Positions 25,276 to 31,981 of a DNA stretch of 62,895 bases are shown piece by piece. The DNA is from Chitinophagales bacterium. Its GTDB lineage: Bacteria > Bacillota > UBA5301 > DYFA01. The DNA lies in the NCBI GenBank assembly GCA_050260095.1, contig JBLNBQ010000180.1, positions 1-62,895 on the forward strand, written 5' to 3'. The first letter of the stretch is position 1. Every line of letters begins with the position of its first letter. The notes beneath the pieces were generated by a model. That model was given only the letters and a program-made list of their open reading frames with translations, made no database searches and was not told the origin of the DNA. The position numbers and the translations under genes were made by a program.

Positions 25276-27228
25276 TCAAAAACAGCGTCTGACCCCGAAC
25301 TCCAATCTCCCTCGGGCGGCATCCCTGCCTAGGTCCTCTTCAAGTCCAGCCTCCAGGTTCACGCTCAACAAGCCAAGGCGGTAATCGGCCCGGAAGTCGG
25401 TCGTCAACTGATGCCGGGTCGCATTCACGAAGTTGCGGACGTAACCCAGCGACGCAGAGAGTCTCAATCCAGGCCTTGGGTTGGCGAGGGCTTGGATCCC
25501 AGTCTGAACTGCCTTGTCCTCCACTGCCCGACCAGCCTCTCGATCAGTCCGCACCAGGGCCTGTGCAAAACCTTTGAGCCGGAAGAACCCCTCCTCGACC
25601 AACTGGTATTCGCCCCGTACCACGTCCCTGCGCAGAGCGGCATCGGAAGACTTCTCCCGATCACAACGCCAAGTCAACGTGAAGGGGTCCCGCGTGTAGA
25701 CGAAGGCCACGTTGGCCAGCCTGTTATGATCCTCCCGGTACACCGTGGTCGTGAGACTGAACGGGCCATCCGCCAATGCCAGTTGTTGGCTTGACCCATA
25801 ACTATTTACTATTCTGTTCCCTCGTTCCAGCGAATATTCGCGGTCGTGATAACTAGTGAGCCCGCAGCGGAAGGACAGCGTATCGGCCGTTGTGGAGGCA
25901 GTCAGGTTTCCCGTATAGGTGATTCGTTCGGAATCTCCAGCGGGGCGCTGGGTGTCGTAGCTCACTCGGACTTCCTTGATTGAGGGGTCGCCGCGCCAGA
26001 TGAGATCCACCGCGGGGGCCACGTCGTCGTTCACACCAAGGGGCAGCCAGAGTTCGTAATCGATGCCGCGGGTGAAGACGCGGTGACCCAACGAGACGCG
26101 GATGCTGTCAACCACGACGTTGGCACCCTGCAGCCGGGCTGGTCCCTCAGTGGTGCAGACGATCTCGCCCAGGACCGGCCGAATGATGTTCCCCTGCCCT
26201 CTCTCCGGCAGCCACCCTCCTGTTGCACCGAGAGTTAATCTCAGTGGACCTACGTCCCCATTCCACTGCAGTCCTCCTTCGGGTCCCAGCGCTTCCCGGG
26301 AGACGTCCCCGCTCTCGTAGAACCGTGCCTTTTCGCTCAGCGATCCCTGCCATCCTTTTCCCAGACTCGCGGTGGTGGAGACTTCGCCCTTGACCTCAGT
26401 TACCAGACGGCTCTCAACCCGAGTCCGGTTTGCTTCGAGCGTAAGCGTCGAAGCCCAGTTCTCTCGGTGCTGAAGATCCAGCGTCTCAGCCAGGCGAGTT
26501 TCCTCTCCAGGTCGATCGCCCTCGACCAGATTTCTTTGATAGGACGATCGCAGGTGGAGCAGGTCGTATAAGAAGTAATTGTCGAGCGCAGTCTTGAGCG
26601 TGCTCCCTTCAGCCGAATGCCCACTCAACCGGTCGAGCGCATACCGGCGATTCCACTCGAAGTCGAGTGTCGCGTCGCGTCCGAACTGCCGTCGATTGGA
26701 GAGCGCATAGTCCAGCGTCAGCATGTCTTCGGGGATCTCCGGATCTTCAAGTACCCGCTCGGTGGCCGTGTACCTGGCGGTGATGGGTTGTTGCCACGTG
26801 CCAAGCAAACTGAGAACACTCACCGTGTCAGTCTCCAGTCGGCAAGACGGACGGAAGTCCTGGTGCAGCTCCTCAGACTGGATACTCCCGGTGACGAAGG
26901 TGCGGACGAGAGAGAGCGGCAGGACCTGCAGGTCGATGTTTCCGTCCTTAACGCGCACGGACGAGGCAGTGGCCAGCCGGCCCTGTGCGTTCCAACTCAA
27001 CAGGTACGGATGGAGCGAGTACCCAGCCAGTTGAACGCTGAGGCCTTGCTCCGGCGACCCCGTCAGCAAACGTTGGTCACCTTGTCTCGCATAGGTCAAC
27101 GTCTCACTCAAGTCCAGGTTCGCGGTCCAGTCGCTGACCCTGAAGATCGGCCACGATTCGGCAACTGCTCCCAATTGAAGCACGAAGAGAAGCGCCACCA
27201 GCATGGCGAGGCCAGATCCCCGGCTCAT
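25276..27228 (-). CDS. Predicted outer-membrane beta-barrel (porin-like) protein embedded among cytochrome genes
   Basis: Signal peptide MSRGSGLAMLVALLFVLQLGAVAES. About 620 aa of amphipathic alternating-residue segments rich in Y/W/R/D/G/T/S (for example TLDFEWNRRYALDRL, STLTLEANRTRVESRLVTEVKGEVSTTASLG, LRLSASLGYVRNF, TTDFRADYRLGLLSVNLEAGLEE). C-terminal ...LEFGVRRCF ends in Phe. I recognised no cofactor or enzymatic motifs. Confidence 0.6.
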   Translation of the reverse strand: MSRGSGLAMLVALLFVLQLGAVAESWPIFRVSDWTANLDLSETLTYARQGDQRLLTGSPEQGLSVQLAGYSLHPYLLSWNAQGRLATASSVRVKDGNIDLQVLPLSLVRTFVTGSIQSEELHQDFRPSCRLETDTVSVLSLLGTWQQPITARYTATERVLEDPEIPEDMLTLDYALSNRRQFGRDATLDFEWNRRYALDRLSGHSAEGSTLKTALDNYFLYDLLHLRSSYQRNLVEGDRPGEETRLAETLDLQHRENWASTLTLEANRTRVESRLVTEVKGEVSTTASLGKGWQGSLSEKARFYESGDVSREALGPEGGLQWNGDVGPLRLTLGATGGWLPERGQGNIIRPVLGEIVCTTEGPARLQGANVVVDSIRVSLGHRVFTRGIDYELWLPLGVNDDVAPAVDLIWRGDPSIKEVRVSYDTQRPAGDSERITYTGNLTASTTADTLSFRCGLTSYHDREYSLERGNRIVNSYGSSQQLALADGPFSLTTTVYREDHNRLANVAFVYTRDPFTLTWRCDREKSSDAALRRDVVRGEYQLVEEGFFRLKGFAQALVRTDREAGRAVEDKAVQTGIQALANPRPGLRLSASLGYVRNFVNATRHQLTTDFRADYRLGLLSVNLEAGLEEDLGRDAARGRLEFGVRRCF

Positions 27229-28049
27229 CAGCCGCCCACCCCCTGCGGCGTTTCGTGCGCCTTATGACAGGCCAGGCAGTCACGCCTGCCCCGCCCGCCG
27301 TCACAGGAGAGTTGACCCGAGGGGTGGCAGCGGAAGCACAGTTCGGCGGTGAGTTGCTGCCTGAGCAGCCGAGCAGCTTGGGAGGCATGGGGATCATGGC
27401 AGGCCAGACAGTCACCGATCGCAACCGGGCCGTGAGTCACTCCCTTGCCATACTTGGGGTCGGTGTGGCACGTCCGGCAAAGATCTCCACGTTCGGACTT
27501 GAGGAAGAACCGGCGGTCGCCGCCGTGGGGGTCGTGGCACTTGGGGCACTTGCCCTCCCGGACGGGCTGGTGGATGGTGAACCCCTCCCGAAAACCGTCC
27601 CTGCCGCCCCAGGCGAAATCGTGGCAACCCAGACAAAGACTTGGCAGTCCGGCGGTGGTATGGTTGGGGTAGGCTGTCTCATGGGAAGTGTGACATCCTG
27701 AGCAGTCCCCGACTGCCACTGGCCCGTGCTGGCGGCTACGCTCGAAGTCGTTCTTCTTGTGGCAGAACCAGCAGAGGTCGGCTCCTTTGGCCAGGAGTTC
27801 TGACCCCTTGGTCAAGTCGTGGCACTTGTTGCACTCCATGTTGCGGTAGGGGGGGTGAACCTTCTTCTCATCCACCGGTACAGAGGTGTCCGTTTCCTCG
27901 ACCACGGCCTGGCGGGCTTTGAGCCCGTGTTTCAGTTCATACCGTTCCTTCGCCACAGCCAGATAGGCCGGGTCAACCAAGCATCCGGCCGAGGTCGAGA
28001 GGAGCAGTACCAACAGGGACATGAGCGCATACCGCCGCCAGACCTGCAT
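27228..28049 (-). CDS. Nonaheme c-type cytochrome lipoprotein
   Basis: Lipobox-like LLLSTSAGC. Nine CXXCH motifs: CNKCH, CWFCH, CSGCH, CLGCH, CPKCH, CRTCH, CLACH, CFRCH, CLACH. Its stop overlaps the start of the barrel gene (ATGA). Confidence 0.85.
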   Translation of the reverse strand: MQVWRRYALMSLLVLLLSTSAGCLVDPAYLAVAKERYELKHGLKARQAVVEETDTSVPVDEKKVHPPYRNMECNKCHDLTKGSELLAKGADLCWFCHKKNDFERSRQHGPVAVGDCSGCHTSHETAYPNHTTAGLPSLCLGCHDFAWGGRDGFREGFTIHQPVREGKCPKCHDPHGGDRRFFLKSERGDLCRTCHTDPKYGKGVTHGPVAIGDCLACHDPHASQAARLLRQQLTAELCFRCHPSGQLSCDGGRGRRDCLACHKAHETPQGVGG

Positions 28050-28067
28050 GGAAACGTCCCTCCGTGG

Positions 28068-28103
28068 AAAACCAGGGCTGGAATCCGGCCGTCCCAGCCC
28101 TGG
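28068..28103 (-). terminator. Intra-operon hairpin/partial terminator after the first tetraheme cytochrome gene
   Basis: The minus strand reads CCAGGGCTGG-13 nt loop-CCAGCCCTGG followed by TTTT, between the stop at 28117 and the next start at 28049. Confidence 0.5.
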
Positions 28104-28116
28104 CTCATCAGTAGGA

Positions 28117-28968
28117 TTACTTCACGTGGCAGGAGAGGCAGAGCTTGGACCCGTCCATGGACTCCCGGAGGAACGGCCGCAGGTCGGCGGTGGCTCCCGG
28201 CTCATGGACGTTGTGGCAAGTGTCGCACTCCATGTACGCTGCACCTGTGCCGTTTTCAGTGGGACCGCCAACGCTGATACCGGTGCCGCCCCACAGCGGG
28301 AGCTTGGCCGGGTAGTTCGCGCCGTTGCCAGCGGTGTAGGTCCGGGTGCCGATGATGGTCGTTCCAACGAGGCCAACCGCCTGGTTGTTGTTGGTCCGCT
28401 CGTTCCGGTAGGCCGCGATGTAGTCGAAGCCGACCGGATGGTCATCGGCCATGTTGACGCCCAGGTTGGCGCCGCGGGTTGACAGGATCTTTCCGTCCGC
28501 TGTGACCACAGGCGAGCCTGACAAGAAGGCGCCCACCGTGGTATAGCTGGGATCAGGGCTCGTCACGCCGAAATCCATCTTCCGCTTGACCTGGCGGAGG
28601 GCGATGGTGCCGTCGTGGCAAGAGAGGCAGAGATCGGTGCTGGTTCCGCGGAAGACCCCGCTTCCGGTGCCACCCCATACGTTGGTATGGGTCTGATCGC
28701 CGCCGTCCAAGGTCCAGCTGGCGTATCGGCCCTCCGGCGCCCCGAACTTGCGGTTCCACAACGGACCCTTGGTGTCGGAGTTGTGCGGCGTATGGCAGTA
28801 GATGCAGACCTGCTTGTTGCCGTCGGCTCCATCGCTCCTCACGGTAGCGTCGCCAGAGGGGGACAAGTCGTGCTTGGACCCAACGATCGTGGCCCCGACC
28901 GCGCTGGAGAAAGAGAGCACCAGACTCGCCACCAGCACGAGGGTCAGAGTTCTCTTCACGTTCTTCAC
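28117..28968 (-). CDS. Secreted tetraheme c-type cytochrome with doubled-CXXCH C-terminus
   Basis: Signal KRTLTLVLVASLVLSFSSAVGA, then TIVGSKHDLS...VCIYCHTPHNS...PLWNR...CLSCHDGTIAL...DDHPVG...CDTCHNVHEPG...RPFL...CLSCHVK. Three in-frame GTGs sit in a 9-nt repeat. The second (28968) has the best spacing to GGAGG. Confidence 0.85.
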   Translation of the reverse strand: MKNVKRTLTLVLVASLVLSFSSAVGATIVGSKHDLSPSGDATVRSDGADGNKQVCIYCHTPHNSDTKGPLWNRKFGAPEGRYASWTLDGGDQTHTNVWGGTGSGVFRGTSTDLCLSCHDGTIALRQVKRKMDFGVTSPDPSYTTVGAFLSGSPVVTADGKILSTRGANLGVNMADDHPVGFDYIAAYRNERTNNNQAVGLVGTTIIGTRTYTAGNGANYPAKLPLWGGTGISVGGPTENGTGAAYMECDTCHNVHEPGATADLRPFLRESMDGSKLCLSCHVK

Positions 28969-29041
28969 GTTCTTCACCTCCTTATATAGGTCTGTGGGCC
29001 TGGGGTCGGGCCGCCGGTAGCCGTCCCCGTAAGTCCCCGGG

Positions 29042-30085
29042 TCAGTCGCTCCCGAGGAACTGGAAAACCTGCACCCGTGCGTTAAGCTGATCGACTACGT
29101 AGAGCCGGTTCTGGGCGTCGATGCACATCCCCGCGGGCAGGTGGAATTCGCCGGGCCCGGCCCCGCCGGCCCCGACGAAGAGCAGGAGCTGGCCTTGCTG
29201 GTTGAAGATCTGGAAGTTGTTGAACGCAGCGTCCACCACGTAAAGGTTCCCGTCGCTATCTAGCGCGGCGCCTCGCGGCCGGCTGAAACAGCCGGGCCCG
29301 TCACCGAGCTGACCGATCGCCTTGAGGAACTTGCCGTTCTGGTCGAAGACCTGCACCCGGAAGTTCATCGTGTCGACGATGTAGATATGATGGTTCTTGT
29401 CCACCGTCACGTTGGTGGGGTAGTTGAAGTACCCGTCTTTGTTCCCGTTGCCGCCGATGGTGGAGAGCGGCGTGCCGTCGGTGCGGTAGACCTTGACCAC
29501 GTGCCCCTTGGAATCAACCACGTACAACCGGCGAAGCTTGCTGTCCACCGCGATGCCGGCCGGATTCTTGAGCTCCCCCTCCTGTCCGACGGCCCTGACG
29601 GGCTCCCCGGCCCGGTTGAAAGCATAGACGCAGCGGGCTTCGGCGTCGGACACCCAGATGGTGTCCTCCTCCTCGTCAATAGCAACCCCAATCGGGACTT
29701 TGAGCTGAATGCGGCCTTTGACTCCGATCTTCCACGCCTTGCTGGCCTTCTTGTCGAACACCACGAGCGCCGGGTTCTTGCCGGTCTCCGTCACGTAAAT
29801 CCGGCCGGCCTTGTCCACCGCCACGCTGTACGGCTTCTCGAGTGCCACAGAGGGTGGCTGGGCCCCCACCAACAACTGCTGCAAAGCTGAACGCTTATCC
29901 GCGCCTATGTCCTTGGAAGTAGAAATGGCCTCCACCCACCGGATCCGCGGCTTCTCCGGCGGCAGGGGCCAGACGAGGTCTATCTTCTTGGCCGGGGTCT
30001 TCTCCGCGGCCAGACTGCCGGCGGCGCCCATCGTGAGAAGCGCCGCGAGGGTGAGAAGAATGAAGAACCGTGATCCCCGTGTCAC
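29042..30085 (-). CDS. Secreted six-bladed NHL-repeat beta-propeller protein
   Basis: Signal FFILLTLAALLTMGAAGSLAA. Six NHL-type blades: PYSVAVDKAGRIYVTE, PIGVAIDEEEDTIWVSD, PAGIAVDSKLRRLYVVD, PTNVTVDKNHHIYIVD, PRGAALDSDGNLYVVD, PAGMCIDAQNRLYVVD. GTG at 30085 follows AGGGAGGGA. Confidence 0.85.
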   Translation of the reverse strand: MTRGSRFFILLTLAALLTMGAAGSLAAEKTPAKKIDLVWPLPPEKPRIRWVEAISTSKDIGADKRSALQQLLVGAQPPSVALEKPYSVAVDKAGRIYVTETGKNPALVVFDKKASKAWKIGVKGRIQLKVPIGVAIDEEEDTIWVSDAEARCVYAFNRAGEPVRAVGQEGELKNPAGIAVDSKLRRLYVVDSKGHVVKVYRTDGTPLSTIGGNGNKDGYFNYPTNVTVDKNHHIYIVDTMNFRVQVFDQNGKFLKAIGQLGDGPGCFSRPRGAALDSDGNLYVVDAAFNNFQIFNQQGQLLLFVGAGGAGPGEFHLPAGMCIDAQNRLYVVDQLNARVQVFQFLGSD

Positions 30086-30332
30086 AGCCGTTCCCTCCCT
30101 GTCCTGGGCCCGCCCGCCCAAAAGCGGAACCCGCACGCAATAGTTCCGGCAATGGCTCGTCCTGGAAGCCACTCTTAATATAGTCAGTTGCTGCCGGCTC
30201 TATGCTCGCAAGTGCGGACAAGACTGGTCGGCCCATGCCCCGAAGCCCAAGGGTTCCATCATTCTACCTGCGTTATAGCGCTTAGCTGGGGAAGTCTAGT
30301 ATCAGCCCATGATGAAGGGAGGGAATCAAACG

Positions 30333-30659
30333 ATGGCTCAGGGTCAGAAGCGGAACCAGGCCCTGCTTCGCGGCGCTGCGAAGGGTCTCGACAACTTCAA
30401 GTACGAGATCGCGACCGAACTGGGGATCAACCAGGACTACAAGTCCGGATACTGGGGCAACATCTCGTCCCGGGAGTGCGGCGCCGTTGGCGGACACATG
30501 GTGCGCCGAATGATCGCGGCGGCCGAGCAGTCCCTCATCTCGCAGGCTGCAGCCAACGTGTCGCAGGCTTTCAAGTCCAACCTGAACGCCTCCTTGGGGA
30601 GCGCGGCCGGGTGGGAGTCGGACCTGAACAAGACTCAGGCGACCACGACCCAGTACTGA
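30333..30659 (+). CDS. Alpha/beta-type small acid-soluble spore protein with long C-terminal extension
   Basis: LLRGAAKGLDNFKYEIATELGI...SRECGAVGGHMVRRMIAAAEQ matches the two conserved SASP helices (K.EIA.E.G and G.VGG). ATG at 30333 follows GAAGGGAGGG. Confidence 0.85.
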   Translation: MAQGQKRNQALLRGAAKGLDNFKYEIATELGINQDYKSGYWGNISSRECGAVGGHMVRRMIAAAEQSLISQAAANVSQAFKSNLNASLGSAAGWESDLNKTQATTTQY

Positions 30660-30734
30660 CGACTGGGCATACATCCTGACGGGCGGGAAATCGTCTTCAC
30701 CGTTACCCCTTTGGGCGGAAGGGCGCCCGTCAGC

Positions 30735-30770
30735 AAAAAGAGCGGCACCGGGCTATCCCGGCGCCGCTCT
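30735..30770 (-). terminator. Intrinsic terminator downstream of nadE
   Basis: The minus strand reads GAGCGGCGCCGGG-ata-(G)CCCGGTGCCGCTC followed by TTTTT, about 25 nt after the nadE stop. Confidence 0.7.
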
Positions 30771-30793
30771 CCTACCTCCGGAAGGATATGGGT

Positions 30794-31564
30794 CTATTCA
30801 GGCAGTTTCGGGATGGGCGGCAGGCTCCGCTTGTGGGCGGAGGCGCGCCCGAGCTGCTCGACCCTGGTCCGGATGGCCTCGGGCGCCTCCCCGGTAACGA
30901 GGTACCGGTCGAGTTCGGCGTAGCTGAACCCGAGTTCGCCCTCGTCGGTCTGCGCCTCCCACAGGCCGGCGGAGGGCGGCCGGTCGATGACGGCCTGCGG
31001 CACCCCCAGCTCCCGGGCGAGCGCCCTGACCTCCGCCTTGACGAGCCCACCCAGGGGCAGCAGGTCGACCCCGCCGTCGCCGTACTTGGTGAAGTAGCCG
31101 ACCGCGAGTTCGGAGCGGTTCCCGGTGCCGGCGACCAGGTAGTTGCGGGTGTTGGCGTGGTAGTAGAGGGTCAGCATGCGCAGGCGAGGCTTTAGGTTGG
31201 CCGCGGCGAGGCGAGTCTCGCTCGGTTCGGGCGGCAGCACCTGGCGAAGATGGTCGTAGACCGGGGTCAGGTCGACCTCGCGGGTCTCGAGGCCGAAGGC
31301 GGCCGCGACCGCCTGGGCGTCCCTGGTGTCGGACGGGTGCGAGTGGCAGGGCATGATCACCCCGAGGACGCGTCCCGGCAGCGCCCGGGCGGCCAGCCCG
31401 GCGACCACCGCCGAATCGATCCCGCCCGACAGCCCCACGGCCAGCCCTTTGGCGCCGGCCGCCTCGACCTGCCCGGCGAGCCACTCGGCGAGCAGGGCCA
31501 CCGCCGCCGGCGGATGCTCTAGGGTCCAGGTTCGGAAGGCCCCGGAAGAGGCGCCGGTGGTCAT
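30794..31564 (-). CDS. nadE: NH3-dependent NAD+ synthetase
   Basis: GLSGGIDSAVVAGLA P-loop, NLKPRLRMLTLYYHAN, GTGNRSELAVGYFTKYGDGGVDLLPLGGL, SAGLWEAQTDEGELG. Confidence 0.92.
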   Translation of the reverse strand: MTTGASSGAFRTWTLEHPPAAVALLAEWLAGQVEAAGAKGLAVGLSGGIDSAVVAGLAARALPGRVLGVIMPCHSHPSDTRDAQAVAAAFGLETREVDLTPVYDHLRQVLPPEPSETRLAAANLKPRLRMLTLYYHANTRNYLVAGTGNRSELAVGYFTKYGDGGVDLLPLGGLVKAEVRALARELGVPQAVIDRPPSAGLWEAQTDEGELGFSYAELDRYLVTGEAPEAIRTRVEQLGRASAHKRSLPPIPKLPE

Positions 31565-31935
31565 GCCTCCTCCTCCGCCGTGATCCGGACCGTCGCGCCC
31601 GACCTCACCTTCTTGAAGACCAGGGGATCAGTCACCAGCTTGCCGAAGACGTTGACCGGGCTGGCGGCCCGGGGCTCCCGGTCCACGCTGGCCGGCGTGG
31701 GGCCGAAGAAGATGCAGAAGGCGTTGCCCGGCGGCCAGTAGCCCAAATCGCCCACGGCCACCTCGGCCCGCCCGTTCTCCCCGCCGAGTTTGACTGGGAT
31801 GGAGAAGTAGATCTCGTCGCCCCAGGTGTTGGCCCGGGCTTCGATGGGCAGGGCCGCCCGGATGGCCCCCGCAGTCTTGGTCTCGTTCAGTTCCGCCACT
31901 CCGGAGACGTCCCCGGCGGTGATGCGTATCCGCAT
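31561..31935 (-). CDS. Cyclophilin-like-fold protein (Cyclophil_like/DUF369-type)
   Basis: MRIRITAGDVSGVAELNETKTAGAIRAALPIEARANTWGDEIYFSIP...GDLGYWPPGNAFCIFFG. ATG at 31935 follows GGGAGGG. It overlaps nadE by 4 nt. Confidence 0.6.
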   Translation of the reverse strand: MRIRITAGDVSGVAELNETKTAGAIRAALPIEARANTWGDEIYFSIPVKLGGENGRAEVAVGDLGYWPPGNAFCIFFGPTPASVDREPRAASPVNVFGKLVTDPLVFKKVRSGATVRITAEEEA

Positions 31936-31981
31936 CGGTCGAATCCCTCCCTGCATGGCGCCGCGCTCCTTGCGGCGCGGT

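Noticed and set aside
30173-30332. A forespore sigma-G/sigma-F promoter upstream of the SASP gene. CATTCTA at about 30270 resembles the sigma-G -10 CATxxTA.
   Set aside because: No GHATR-like -35 element lies at the required 17-18-bp spacing, and other -10 candidates (TAGTAT) are equally ambiguous. The same region must also hold the divergent promoter of the cytochrome operon. No confident call can be made by eye.
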